A stretch of DNA of 64,000 nucleotides from Piedraia hortae CBS 480.64 (GCA_010093745.1 MU005996.1:1-64000), one strand, 5' to 3'. Shown: positions 48,101-60,126, counted from the stretch's first letter. A program made the numbers and translations. Notes: generated by a model from the letters alone, not told the origin.

Positions 48101-48854
48101 CGGCGAGGACGATTCCCAACAGCCCATCTCCCTCGACTCAATCCAATCCCAATCCCAGCCCCTACAGGAAGTGAGCGGCAATAAGAGGTCGCTTGAGGCC
48201 GACGGGGAGGGCGATATTGACCTCCCACCAACCAAACGACCCAGTCTTTTCCGTAAACCCTCCTCCCTTTCCGAAGTCAAAGAAAGCGTCAGTTTCCTCT
48301 TAGCAGAACCAGACACCACCCTCGCCGCACCTACTATAAACTCTGACCCAGACACCACGCTATTTACCCCTTTCGACGAATTGGAACTGGAACATTCTCT
48401 CTCCAACGACGGCGGCTATGCACCAGATCCAAATCTCATGCCCCCACCCCCCCTCCCACGACGTAACACCGCCCCAACCAAAGCAGCAGTAATAGACCGC
48501 CTTTCCCTCAAGCGAAAAGCAAGTAACCCCCAACCCCTCCGTCCAGCCGCATGGTCTACATCCTCCTCTTCCTCGCTCTCAAACCCAAAACCCTCCCTCC
48601 TTCGCCGCGCCACGACTGCGGGGATGACCAACGACCGAGGGGTCAGTACTTCGAACGGATTCCCCTCCCGCAAAGAGGCGGTAAAAATGGGTGGAAGCAA
48701 GAAATCTAGTCTCGCGTATCAGGCGAGAATGGAGGAGAAGCGGGCGATTGTGGAGGCTGGTAAAAAGAAAATGGAGGAGGAGCAGAGGGAACGCTTTGCT
48801 AAAGTAAGGGGGGGGAGTGGTTTGACTAGACTTGGGGGACAATTTGGCTGTTAG
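45117..48854 (+). CDS. MRC1: Replication checkpoint mediator Mrc1 (claspin-like)
   Basis: RKASKKALLEMERETQR, the MRC1 domain MMDEQAEESEDEYAGLGG...LYKDLTTGALRRK, S/TQ clusters and acidic tracts. Confidence 0.88.
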   Translation: MAELVSPRAKVAKMLADIDNAPSPSPPPSSQSPGEKVTEMPVLESIELTNQSNEDSDVSDVLVPRAKATKERGLLGLNRRNRKISSPSPSPAPSLGPGTPFYNSTPQSVGLFVSPTKSAGDNSENELPANPFGSKEKLAELLAQKREKRQKHQAQELRKRQERRQNRRQRESSEEEEVSVESQDSHVEKIMSDAARPTRKASKKALLEMERETQRLSRQQALAHQMKVRKKFTTADLLARFDVNKRRNIAPSHTSAGPAPDSSSFAHSDGTVPVSTPPSSPPTAGPTPLQKQRELVEQGELSKLVTVSEDWLANSGNVHSGDELPDLEDVFSSARGRKTSRSKLGIFGPKLSKPQPWKLQQTHPDSDDDLEIVVPLPPHLQALDKATFQRVHKKNVADNKAVHVLKHLSRIGAYEALPSKQHKNSRPIIGQGVLEAQLRRKTKEQALRQQQERIAELKARGIEVETDEQRERQAEEFVDMLEKARQEAQELRKMEKAAAKAAKGGDANVDVSDDEDEDYEGSGSDEDVEDRDENEMVDEEANVTEESEDEEENQSKEGDDNEVEESSGVKAGDGEDILPVSPVDEVSRADQVEAETPAPVHRRARQSRVIQDDEDENVTPDQPADADPFAAFGFGAHNISSGLMSPSQAFQATMATPTQATQNSSDIRSRWAPPLASLPPSMPDLFTAAKGQSQLGVVPQSQEEEEEEEEEEEEEAVGAEPASDMDQLPDTPVRMAFDPVVSQTPCWEPTQDAGLPTPVKPAPLMHGHGTQDTLPSRISATPDPSAVPAKKGRLVRRRAQTVDSSDDDAATATVKRTKPVDAFQELARRRAAALTAAEKAEVEREMKHMMDEQAEESEDEYAGLGGDDFVAPETEEDKEMIDSSHVDVNERELAAHFAEQERRRNEEETKRLYKDLTTGALRRKHANTWGLEEDDDDIAHRRRQMRLKEEERKRKLLLQDTNIADLAQGKPTKGKDAFLRAIADDDDDVVYNLSDGEDDSQQPISLDSIQSQSQPLQEVSGNKRSLEADGEGDIDLPPTKRPSLFRKPSSLSEVKESVSFLLAEPDTTLAAPTINSDPDTTLFTPFDELELEHSLSNDGGYAPDPNLMPPPPLPRRNTAPTKAAVIDRLSLKRKASNPQPLRPAAWSTSSSSSLSNPKPSLLRRATTAGMTNDRGVSTSNGFPSRKEAVKMGGSKKSSLAYQARMEEKRAIVEAGKKKMEEEQRERFAKVRGGSGLTRLGGQFGC
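47223..47261 (+). repeat. (GAA)13 coding microsatellite (poly-Glu) in MRC1
   Basis: Perfect trinucleotide run. Confidence 0.95.
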
Positions 48855-49149
48855 AAGTTTTTTTAGGTTTTTTATCAGATTCGAATTCTTCTTACCATGT
48901 CGATTGCACGTTTTTCCGTTGTTGGGTGGTGAAAATCCAGCCGAGGAGAGATAGGTCAGTTTATCGAAAGAGTTTGAATGTCATTAGCACAAAAGGAAGT
49001 ATAATCATATAGATATGAGAGTGAGGGTAACACGCCGCGCCAAGAAGTCCTTGTTTTGCGGAGATCTACCACGGGAACATAGAGAAGTGATGCCCCGATG
49101 GGATTTTCCATATAGAAATGACAATTGGATAAGGGTGATGTCATGAAGA

Positions 49150-49235
49150 GGTTCCATAGTGTAGCGGTCAGCACGTCGGATTCTGAGAATTGCAAACGCC
49201 TTCCGGAGACCCCGGTTCGATTCCGGGTGGGACCT
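49150..49235 (+). tRNA. tRNA-Gln(CTG) with a 14-nt intron (49187-49200)
   Basis: Acceptor stem GGTTCCA/TGGGACC, anticodon stem TCGGA/TCCGG with loop TT-CTG-A^T, T arm CCCGG-TTCGATT-CCGGG, followed by a T-run Pol III terminator. Confidence 0.95.
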
Positions 49236-49824
49236 TTTTTTTCGTGTTACATCGTTGCGGGATGGTGGACGAGGTTACCATATTGGGGGGTGGGGGGGGG
49301 TGGGGGGGTCCCCGCTTCTTTAAGGATTTACACGCGCCTTTTTTTTAACTGCATTAGACGGGATATTCACTGGTTTGTTGAGGATGGAGTCTTCGTGAAT
49401 GGTGGAAAAGCAGAGAAAACTTTGCTGAGGTAGAGATGGAGGGACAGAAGGAGGGCTTTTAGGGTGGCTAGGTGCGTTAGGTATGAGGACCGTTAGCCAA
49501 TCATGCGGGCATGCCCGACAACGAACGATTTTCAATTAGTTCACGCGACGGGTGGATTCAAGTTGTTGGCGCTCACGCGATGATGATAGGTGCTCCGCCT
49601 CTGACGTGTCTTCCACTTGGAAAAATTTCATGAAAATCGTCTCAACGATTGGGGATGAAAGTCATCTAGATTTCCTGCCCGACATCCGTGCTGCAAAGAC
49701 ATACCAACCGCCCATTTCAATCGACACATGAGGCTCACACCAAGACATTTCCCACATTTCAAAAGAAACCCATCAAGATCTAAACGCCGTATCGAAGACT
49801 ACGACAATCCCTGCTCAGCGGCCC

Positions 49825-51522
49825 TCACTCCTCCCTCCTCCTCTTCCTCGTCGCACGCATCTCCTCCCTCTTAAACGCCTCCGCCCTCCTACGCAAAAAT
49901 CTAATCCTAAACGGGACTTGTCTACTCATCTTCTCATTCCTCATACTCTCCCGTTCAAGACTGTTATTTTGGGGAAGTCTTCTATCCCTACTATAAGTCC
50001 TTAGAGCGGCAACAGCGCCCGGACCTGCAAGCGGCGAGGACGCGCGAGCGGGCCGCTTGTCAACCGCTTCCGCAGCCGCAGCGAGGACATCCAGGCCAGA
50101 TTGCGTGAGGACTCGGAACGAGGAGAGAGGATGCTGGCCTTCTGGTAGGGCTGGTAGCGTAGGGTTGACTACGGCGAGTCTGATGACGATGTCTGTGGTT
50201 AGGAGCTTCCGCGGGTGGGGTAGATCGTCTGGCTCCATAGGCATGTCAGCGAGTACGTCATCTTCGATGGCTTCTGGATCGCGTTGTAGAAGCTGGACTG
50301 CGAGGTCGATTTTTTTGCGCACAGAGAGGGGGGGGTCGAGGGTGTTTACCGCTTCCATTGAGAGGAGGCGTATGACGATTAATTCTTTTTGGAGACCTTC
50401 TTCGACGGAGGGCTCAAACACTAACCCGGAGCTTCGTTGGCTCATCAATGTGTCGAAGAAGATGATGGAGTCTGCTAAGAGGTAGACGCGTTGGGCGAGG
50501 ATGTGGTGTTCTGCGGAGGGCACGACGCAACATTGGCTCGGACGGGTGTCGTTTTTGAAGTTTTGGACTTCTTCGTTCAGTTCGTGTGGCTTTGTTGTGT
50601 TCAAGACGCGCATGTGTGGGATTCTGCGGTGTTCGAGGAGAGTATCGATCGCTTCGCACTTCTCGCTGACGATGAGGGGACGGAGGCCAATTTCATTGAG
50701 GTGGGTTAATGCGAGGATGAGTATAGCTAGCTTTGCGGCGATTGTAACCAGCTGGTCGCGTGTCTCTTCTTCTTGGTTGCAGAAGAAGGTATGGCAGCGA
50801 TGGATGCATGCGTCTGGGATGTTTACGTGCTTTACATTCGTTGACAGCTCGTCTGATAACTGCACGTCTGCTATCGTTCGTGCGAGGAAACGTGGGAGCA
50901 GCATCCTCTTGACTTCTTCCACGCTTAAATCACAGCTGGGCGCATAGTCCGGCATGATGAAGTCTTTCAGATTCGCAAGCCCTTCAGACGTAATCTCTTC
51001 CGGAATATCCGTTACCAAGAGGAGGAAGAAATGATTCAGACGATCAAAGTCGATGAAATAATTCGTATCCGGATGAAAGAGGAGATGCGCCTCATCAACC
51101 ACCACAACCTCCCACACAAACCTGTTCAGTAACTCCATATCCTCAATCGCATGTTCGCAAGTAGTCAACAGCACATCGCATGTCGCCGACTTGGACGGAT
51201 GTTCTCTACTAAAGTGACGGTCGATAATGCTCTGTCGGTTTTCTTTCTTCCCAACCGGCATGATACATCTGACACCCTGTATCTTCTCTATTAGGGTGGT
51301 TCGCCAGGATGAAATTCGTCGCTTCGGGACCACGAAGAGACACGTTCCCCGTAAAATACGTTTGGTTAAGATCCATTTGAAGAATGCTGTGACTAGTTTT
51401 GGGGTTTCAAGTCCGTTTTCATCCGCAAGGACCATGTGGTTGCCGCGGAGATAGTGTTGGAGTATGAATGAAAGCCCGTCCTGGTGGTATGGCTCCAGGT
51501 TGGAGTCCATGGGTTGGTCCAT
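49825..51522 (-). CDS. Degenerate Snf2/Chd-family helicase-like protein, copy A (565 aa), predicted ATPase-dead
   Basis: LEPYHQDGL, MVLADENGLETP (no GKT), LFVVP, DVLLTT.E, VVVDEAH, AKLAIL...RPLIVS and ADSIIFFD. Motif VI is absent. Confidence 0.8.
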   Translation of the reverse strand: MDQPMDSNLEPYHQDGLSFILQHYLRGNHMVLADENGLETPKLVTAFFKWILTKRILRGTCLFVVPKRRISSWRTTLIEKIQGVRCIMPVGKKENRQSIIDRHFSREHPSKSATCDVLLTTCEHAIEDMELLNRFVWEVVVVDEAHLLFHPDTNYFIDFDRLNHFFLLLVTDIPEEITSEGLANLKDFIMPDYAPSCDLSVEEVKRMLLPRFLARTIADVQLSDELSTNVKHVNIPDACIHRCHTFFCNQEEETRDQLVTIAAKLAILILALTHLNEIGLRPLIVSEKCEAIDTLLEHRRIPHMRVLNTTKPHELNEEVQNFKNDTRPSQCCVVPSAEHHILAQRVYLLADSIIFFDTLMSQRSSGLVFEPSVEEGLQKELIVIRLLSMEAVNTLDPPLSVRKKIDLAVQLLQRDPEAIEDDVLADMPMEPDDLPHPRKLLTTDIVIRLAVVNPTLPALPEGQHPLSSFRVLTQSGLDVLAAAAEAVDKRPARASSPLAGPGAVAALRTYSRDRRLPQNNSLERESMRNEKMSRQVPFRIRFLRRRAEAFKREEMRATRKRRREE

Positions 51523-53760
51523 TGTTTGTTAGTGATGGATATTGGCGGTTTTCTTGGTGTTCGGAGGTTGGGTAGTAATTATGTCTGGCGAGCTGGTGCG
51601 GCGGCATGTCATACCCCGCTAGTTACTTCCTGGGAGTTACGTAGTCAGCAATCCATTCACTCAGCTGCGCGTGGATCATGGCACGGATTCACCCGGCTTT
51701 CTCCATCCCTTAGCAATAGATGCTACTACCATAAGTGAGCTAGCCGCCAACGAACCTCACCAAATCACCCATCACCCGTTGAGGTGTATCACGTGATGCC
51801 TGACTGATGACACCTTGATTCACTTCTATAGTATCATCAATATATAACTATGAATATACACCTTCACCCCATTCTATTCTTTTCACCTAGTATTCCCTCC
51901 AACTTCGCCCCACAAAACCCAATCTCGTGGCCAGCCTCAGTAGCGAAGTAAACTTTCAATTTCTAGGACATGGGCTGATATCCACCAATGCACCGAGGAA
52001 AATGAGCACAGAGGGATACGCCAAGCTGAAGATGATGACCTCTTTCCAGGGTCGTCTATAGACTGCTGACTATGGGCATCTGACAAAGCAGTGCTGTGCA
52101 TTGCTGTATCAAACAATTAATGCTGTCTCAAAGGATCAGCCGGAAACAAGCTGTCAATAGATTCTCTTTTCCCGAAGGTGTAATAATTTCTCCTCCCAAT
52201 ATCATCGAACTAAACCGCATGCGTAGACCAGAGGGAAGGCTCATCTACCCCCGAAACCTTTTGCCTCCACCTTAAGCGAAATGTTCCCGTTTCCTTGTCA
52301 CCTCCATCGCCAGGGGAATTCAATCAATCGCCCGGGCCAAGCTAGCAGCAACCTCTACGAATTCTCCAGCACCTCCCTCATGAGACCTTTGCTCGGACCA
52401 ATCAACAAATGATTTAGCTGAGCGCAAGTATCGAACCTCCTTAGCCAAAGATCCATTAAGCTAGGATCAGACAGCGTGCTCCAATGCATCACTCCGTCGC
52501 CATCTCAGCAAGCTCAGTGTCGTATCTCTCCACCGCTATTAAAACCATCCGTCTTAGTCATGTGCAGCTTCAAAAGCCAACAGATTGTGCGGGGAGGATC
52601 ATGGAGCAGGCTAAGTTCTGCAGGAACCTGCAGGTTTCAGAAAACCTTGCTGGGATACTGTTCGCCATATGGTCCAGCAATCTAGCTGTCGGTATGAGGT
52701 CTCCAAGGTGATCATTTCCTCTCATCCTCTAATCCGTCAATATAACCCCCCTGAGCCTTTTCAGCCCGCTTATCAAAATGAGATCCGGCCAGCGCGAACA
52801 ACAATGCTCTCTTCCTTGGGCGAGTACTCATCAGGCTAGGGTCGGACAGCGTGCTCGAGTGCATCATCCAGACCCATCGCTGCACGACCTTAAATTCTCC
52901 ACGGCCCTGCTCTGCCCATTTACTGTTTCCAAATGCACGGGGAATGGTCGTGGATCAGGCTAGACTCAGTTGTCTGCAGGTTTTTGGGCAATATGATGCT
53001 GAGGTGAAGCGTTGGCACTGCATAATTTGCGCTGCAAGTTGGAAAGCACCCGTGTAAGGCTTCAGAAGGGGATTTTGATGAAGCCTAATGCGTTTAAGAC
53101 GAGGTTCGTGAGGGGATGCGACAGACTGTACCGCCCGCTCGATCTAAGGCCTGGATTTATTTCCACCTTGAGCGTTTGTTTCCATACCACTTTTGCAAAG
53201 GGAGGGGACCATGCACCAGATTGGATTCATTTCCACCGCTGTTGGAGCCATCCTGCTCTCTCAGTACCACTTTTTGCAGGAGAGAGATCATGGACCAGTT
53301 TACGTTCAGCGAGTCCAAGCACCAAGACCATTTCGCCTCTGCCCTCTCTATCCTCCATTGATCCATGCATCGGGAAACTGATGATGTTTGAGGGCCCCCC
53401 GAGGGACCAGCGCAGACCGCGCCCTCGGTCATGGCGGCCAGATGAAGTTCTCGCTGTCAGGGGAATGGCGGAAGCCAAGAACTGAAAAGATGCACCAGTC
53501 TTAGTAAGGTGACACTTCAAAAAGCAGCCTAATTCGATCTGTTCTCCCCACGGCGAGATATTGTGGTGGCAGTGCTCGTAAGCTTTTCCCAGATCGGAAT
53601 AATTCCGCGAAGATCCGACTGGAAGAGCTTTTTGTTGAAACGGCTTTGATCCATTCTCATTCTCTCGTTATCAATTTTGTCAAGCGTTGGTTTATGGGAT
53701 TCTGAAGCTGTTTCCACGGTTGGCGCGGAGCTCAAGCGTGTTTGTTCTCGGTGTTATCGC

Positions 53761-53988
53761 TGTTACGGTGCTCAGAGGAAAAGGTTCAATAAGCCCCAAC
53801 AACGAGGACAATCCAGACTGCTATCTACTGGGAAGCTAGAATACTATAAACCAATCCAGAAGCGCCGTTCATTCGTGCGTGGTAGCGAGCGTAGCTATGG
53901 ATAACTAGCAGGGCGCGTCGGTGTATCAAATTCCCTGTGCGCTTAGGCGGCGCGGGTCGTCCCGCGCACACACAGCCTTGCCGTAACA
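53761..53988 (-). mobile_element. Solo LTR, family B (228 bp), TSD ATCGC
   Basis: Reverse complement of 38726-38953 with a perfect TSD. Confidence 0.92.
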
Positions 53989-55858
53989 ATCGCGGCGTTG
54001 GTTGTATCGGCGTTTTGAAACTGTTTTTACAGTTGGCACAGTGGTAAAGCGTTTTTCTCTGCCGTTATATGTCTTGCTAACGTCGGCGCAGGGTTGGTTG
54101 TTGCGGCATCTTGTGACTATTTTTACAGTTGGCATATATTTGGAGGTGTCCTTGAACTTGAATCTTCATTCCTAGCCCTATCTGGTCTACTCAAGTTGGG
54201 ACAGCTCTGTCATGGTCTCGTCAGAACGCCAGGCCCCTTTTGTTCCGAATTGGATGGATTGGGCCCAGTTTTTCCGGTATTTGCAGAGTTTGAACGGCAC
54301 CATCAGCTTTCACGAGGGTTGAACATTTATTTCTGGCGCCACGCGGCCTACTTGGAATAACCTTTGTCATTTGCTTGCCCGACCGCTACTGTTACTACTG
54401 GTCGCATCTGACCCTGCGTCTATCACATTTGCAAGGTTTACAGGACGTTATCAAGGTTTTACGGGAAGCATTGGAGAGGTATCTACCTTTTACAGAATCT
54501 CGAGGAATTATTTGGGTTAGGCTGGAAACGATGGAATGGAGATCTCAAGTTTGGAGGTTTCTGCTGGAAGTCTGACATGAAATGATAATGTGACGAGCTC
54601 TGTCTTTTGTATCTAGCATCCATATTGTCTTTCACCAATATTCAGTTCACGAAGCTCATATCAATGTGCAATTGAGTATTTAATCAGTCGCATATCTCTC
54701 CCTTACTTGCCCGTTTCATAGTCATTGTGATCAGTGGCGGTTGTGCTAGCTCAAGAGGTTATCCGTGCTGTCCGATTCAGACCTGTATCCAGCCCATTTG
54801 ACCACAACTAAAGCCGATGACGCCACTTCTTTAGGACACTGGAGGTGGTGAAATCTCACTGGACCTCGCCCCACTTCATTTCCTCTTATTCTTCACCAAT
54901 GGTTGATCTCGAACAGATGCCAAACTGCAATGTGCCATCGGCCGAATACTGAGAATGTTGTCGATTCCCATGCATGTGCTACGAAATCCGCTGACGGTAG
55001 AGTGGACCGCCGTGAAGTCGTGAATTGACGGAGAAATGACGGAACTGCTCGCCGTCACATGAAATAGTATCGTGAGGACAAGAAGCCTGGGGCCAATGAT
55101 CACCAGGCACTGTCCACTTCACAGAAAAGAATCAAGTTGCTACAATGGATCATAATATAGCAAAACAATTTTCCCAAGAAGCATATTTGTGAAAACCATC
55201 CATTTCGCACGCAGTGCTCGAAAGCCATCATCGTAACATCTCAGATTTCCTGTTTGTGAAAGATATGTGAGATGGTAGTCGAGCAGAAAAAGGAGTTATC
55301 AAGCATATTCGTCTATGGTGAATGTCTGTTATCTGTTAGCGTAGCATTAGGCTGGTCAAGTGTCGAGCTCTGGCCATCCGTTCGGCACAAGTCACAATTT
55401 GGAAGTGCGCCTGGATTTAAAGTAGACTGTTACAGGCCCTCAATGTACTGAGATTATCGCTCTATCTCATTTCTTAGTCTAATGCTTCTTACGGTATCGA
55501 GTGGGCAACTACCTCCGCTTAGAATCCGACTTCACTGCACGTCATCCTTTTACCTGTGCCTGGGTGGTGTATGCTGCAGAAGCGTTTAAAAAAGCCAGTC
55601 GTGATGATGTATACTGCCTGGGCAAGAAACTGGGTCCGCGTCGGAAGGCTGATCATTCCATATAAGAAGTTCTGGATGTCGCAATTAGCTCGGGTGTCTG
55701 GATAGCACCAGCTTTCTTAAGGTTATTTATCCCTTGAGAAAAATTCCATCCCGAGAAGGTTTTACATCATTATATGGCGTTGGTAAATAGGCCAACTGCA
55801 TTCAACGTCTGCAAAGGGGAGGGGGGGAACCTGTTAATGGAGTCGCTGGCTCACATAC

Positions 55859-56086
55859 TGTTACGGCGAGGCTATGTGTGCGCGGGACGACCCGCGCCGC
55901 CTAAGTGCACAGGGAATTTGATACACCGATGCGCCCTGCTAGTTATTCATAGCTACGCTCGCTACCACGCACGAATGAACGGCGCTTCTGGATTGGTTTA
56001 TAGTATCCTAGCTGCCCAGTAGATAGCAGTCTGGATTGTCCTCGTTGTTGGGACTTATTGAACCTTTTCTTCTGAGCACCGTAACA
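55859..56086 (+). mobile_element. Solo LTR, family B (228 bp), TSD CATAC
   Basis: Direct copy of 38726-38953 with a perfect TSD. Confidence 0.92.
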
Positions 56087-56671
56087 CATACGCCTTATCG
56101 AGGCAATTCCACAACATACAGAAGTCTTTCCTTCGCCGTCACTGAGAGCATATTCAACAATGCTTCGATTTTTACTTTGTGGCCTCAGGCATGTGAGTTA
56201 GAAAGTGTGAGCAGACATCCCGTGTATTTCATAACGCGCTCGCAAGCTGATTTCAACCTGATTCCCTTTGGGATGACCAGTCAGTAGTTCCGCTACATCT
56301 CCTGGTGGTGGGCAGGTGTCCAGGAGAGAAACAGCTCGAGTGGCAAAGAGGAAAGGGCCGCATTTTGTTCAACATTCCTAATTCCATGGTAGGCTGCCTT
56401 GCTTTGAACAGTGATCTGAATGACTTAAACATGTTTAACACCTTGCTGGACCTTCGTGCCCATGTCAATCTCAGAATTAAACATGAGAAGCATAGACTGA
56501 CAATGACAATAGTGAGATGTTGTTTCGCATGACTTTTGAGGTCGGTAACACAAATAATTACATGGCACAGCTGCAGATATGACAATGCTAAGTTTGGTCC
56601 CGAACGAAGCTGGGTTGTTAAGACCCTCACTCATGGGGCCTCGTCTTACCTCACTCAAACTACCTCGGGAG

Positions 56672-58892
56672 ATGCCTCGAAAGTTGGTCAAGCAATGGCG
56701 GTCAGGACGGTCAGGCTCTGCTGCCTGGCAGTCGGCGACTGGAGCACCATCCCGGTTGACTGCCCTAAAAGATCCGAGAGATCCGCGCCAATTTCGAGAG
56801 ACGGCACTTGACACGCGTGATGACCAAGAACGTGATGCGCTCAAATTGGTTCAGAATGACAACGCCGTCGAAGACTTCACACTTCTTGAAAACAACGCGA
56901 AAAAGCTGAGGGAGAGTGTGGAGCAAACAAAAAGTGAGAGTGGAGTGATTAAAGGGGTCGAGGGAATTCTCGCTAGCCTTCATCGCTTCAGAGAACCAGG
57001 TGCTGCACTTGCAAGTATGAAGCCGCTGCCCATTGGTGGCGTCGGGGGTGGTATCAATGTGCTCACTGTGGTAAGTTGTGGAATCGTACGAGGCCAATTG
57101 ATCAAACCAGTGGCCGGCAGTTAGTGGTTTAGTGTAAGGCCCAACGAGAATCGATTGTCGATGCGCTGGATACTGTCATGTATACCTGCGGCTTGTTGAG
57201 CATCTATCACGCTTGGTTTTGCAAGCTCACTCCGTCGAAGCCGGATGAGAGGCTCCAACATGAACTGGTTGAGCTTCTCGGCTAAGTTAATCGCATCTCA
57301 GCCAAAGCGATACTCAGTCGGAATATGTCTGGGAAAAATTTTGCAACATCCTCAAGAACTAGCATAACCTAGGTGGCCTGAAACAACGCTGTGTGGATCT
57401 GCAGCAAAGGGCGCGAGATGATATATACATGTGCGATCGTGAAACCTACGGTAGCTGGCGAGAAGGCCTGAACGACCAATTGAAGCAGTTCGAAACAGAG
57501 CTCACAAACACTGTCTTGCGATTAGAAGGCAAGGTGGACTTGGTCAACCTGGAACTCGACCTGAAGGACCTCAGTGAGGCAAAAGGGGCAGTACATGATA
57601 CTCAAGACTCGTTTTGTTACCCAGGTACGCGGGTAGCAATCTTGGAGGACCTTACTCGCTGGGCCAGCATCCCTCCCGAAGGTGAAAAGATTCTCTGATT
57701 GAAGGGATCGGCGGGGACCGGAAAGACTACACTTTTGCGCATTATGGCCAGAAATATGGAAGTGGACAAGAAATTTTAGTTACAGGTTTCATTTTTTAAT
57801 GCGAGGGGGTTAACCTGGGCAAGCTCTCGTATCTGGTTTCAATGATTGCTAGGCAACTGACAAAAAGGCTACCCAGTGTTGGCAAGGCCATCGCAACGGC
57901 CCTCCAGAAAGACTCACAGGTCTGTGAAAAACACTTGGGAATTCAGTTCGAGATACTTCTACGAAGGCCTCTCCAGAAAGCCTCAAGCAACGATTCAAAG
58001 ACCCCCATGCTTTTCGTAATTGACCCACTGGATGAGTGTGATGACGGTGACAACGTTAGGAAAGCCTTGTTCTGTCTCGCTAAGCTTGTCGACATTGCTT
58101 TGATCAACCTGCGAGTGATTATTACAAGTCATCCAGATTATGCAGAAAAGTTCTTGCTCCATTATAACAAGTAAACGCGAGAGGATTTGGATGATGCGCA
58201 AGAATCAACAATCGAGGGTGATATCCACCTCGTCTTCCAAGGATTCTTTCAGGATATCCGAGAGCGGGACGGCCTTAGCAACAACTGGCCCAGTCAAGCT
58301 GCTTAAGGTGTGCTGGTGTCAAATTCTCAACCTCTTTCCATCGCGGCAGCAACTGCCTGTCGGCTACTCAAAGAGCGGAATTCTGACTGGCAGCTCGAAA
58401 GCTTCTAAACACAAGATACGACATCTCAAAATATGGCCTTGGATCGATGTACCCTCAGATTCTGACGCGAGCTGAGCTGTACGGCAGAGGTGCCAAGGGA
58501 CCTACTTGGGTGGCATATCTTCAGTAGATCATCAAGCCACTCATTATGCTTTGCGATACACTCTCAGTCGAAACTCTATCTGAATTGCTGCGCTGTCCCA
58601 TTTCGATCATCAGGCACGCTCTAAATTCATTGTGCTCAGTCGTGCACGTCTCGACCGATGATACAAAGCTAATCACCATTTTTCATATCTCATTTCGGGA
58701 CTCTCCCACCAATCTTGAAGGTGAAGATCAGGCTAATTTCGGCACAAATGTACATAACGTACATGATGTGTTTCTAGCGAAGTGTTTGGAGTTGCTCGAA
58801 GCCGGCTTCCAAAAGCGCGGGATGGGTGATCCGACCAATGTTTAGAAAGGCAGGATGTATGGTCCAATGTGTCCAGGGACGTCTGTCAGCAA
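56672..58892 (+). pseudogene. NACHT pseudogene paralogous to the NLR at 1082-6043, truncated before the WD40 region
   Basis: Same intron position (57071-57120). Shares VDALDTVMYTC, SFC.PGTRVAIL, GSAGTGKTT and KCLELLEAGFQKRGMGDP. Contains many stops and frameshifts, and ends at CPGTSVS where repeat D begins. Confidence 0.9.
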
Positions 58893-58976
58893 TGTTGGAT
58901 TCAAGCATCGCCGCTAGTGCGTATGCGGGGCACATCACACCTGTCACAAATCTCACAGTTTTCCCTCAGCGCTATG
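58893..58976 (+). repeat. Family D repeat, copy 3 (5' part only)
   Basis: TGTTGGATTCAAGCATCG.CGCTAG.GCGTATGC.GGGCAC matches 38235 onwards. Confidence 0.65.
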
Positions 58977-59283
58977 TGTCGGAGGGGTGAGCCTCCGAGA
59001 ACTAAAGGGGAGCGAATATCGAGGACATAAGTTTTCACTCAATTTTGACTGAAAATGTGAAAATGTAGATTTCTATGTCTCCATGAGGTGAGGTTCGAAA
59101 CCTCCCCCACACTACCTCAGTCTAACCACATTCGCCAGGACAATGTCAGGGAATCATGCCCTTAAGCATGAACGAGACAATGACCCGTCTCAGGGAAAAC
59201 TTCATCTATAGAGGTAAAAACCCTGAGAAGTTTCGACTTCTATCTATAATTCTGGTCATGGTGGGTGCCACATCCTTTTGACA
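58977..59283 (+). mobile_element. Solo LTR, family A (diverged copy), without a matching TSD
   Basis: Aligns with 41065-41371 over its full length. Flanks are CTATG and AAAAG. Confidence 0.88.
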
Positions 59284-60126
59284 AAAAGTTTTCGCCAAGA
59301 GTAGACGAGCGTGGGCAGACTTGCATGAGGAGTTGCTTAATAGGAGGCATTCGTAGATCTTGAGGGTGCACAAGACCTTGTACCGGCCGCGGAACAGTGA
59401 TAAACAGCAATTACTAGGATGCAGGTCCTTCGCCAAAATTGAACCCCCTTTGCGTGCGAAAGCTAAGATGCGTCGCAAGGTTTAAAACCGGCGCCAGATT
59501 CAGGAAGGATGCAAGCCCTAAATCCATGCCGGCAAAGCAGGGTTGTCCAAGTTACTTCGGATTGATATACTTGGCGCGAATAGAGCAAACCTGAGAGCGT
59601 AGTGACGAACTAGTGATGAGCGATGGCGTTCATTCGGCTAGCTGTATGCTTTGCAACTTGTTGAGCAGGACGACGGTGTCCAATCTCGTAGTATCTTGTA
59701 CATCATTCAACACTTTTGAAGAACTGTCCAGCGAAGCAGAGAGATGGTCCAACGAATTATTAGCGCGGAGTGTCTTTTTCAATCTGGTGATGACGTCACC
59801 GTTTGAATTGCGCCAACACAGTCAACGTGATGTTCATGCTTGTCCGAACAAATTCGACTGTTTCACTTCACGCAAGGCAGGGCACACTGTATAAACCAAA
59901 GCATCTGCAAGATCTTTCTGATATCATCTGGACAATAATACTGTTGAAGTAAACGAGGAATTCAGGTGGTGCAATCAGTTTACTGGGCGAGTGGGAAGTC
60001 ACAAGCGGGGTACCACATCCCCTTGCGCTTGCCCTGGATGAGTTCGAATATTAGTCAGGATCGGTATGCCTAACCAACAAAGATGAGACAACTCGTAGTT
60101 TGCATCGCGATCATCAATATAGAACA

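Noticed and set aside
49284..49312. G-run tract downstream of the tRNA as a G-quadruplex element
   Set aside because: Low-complexity homopolymer sequence that may reflect sequencing error; no other support.
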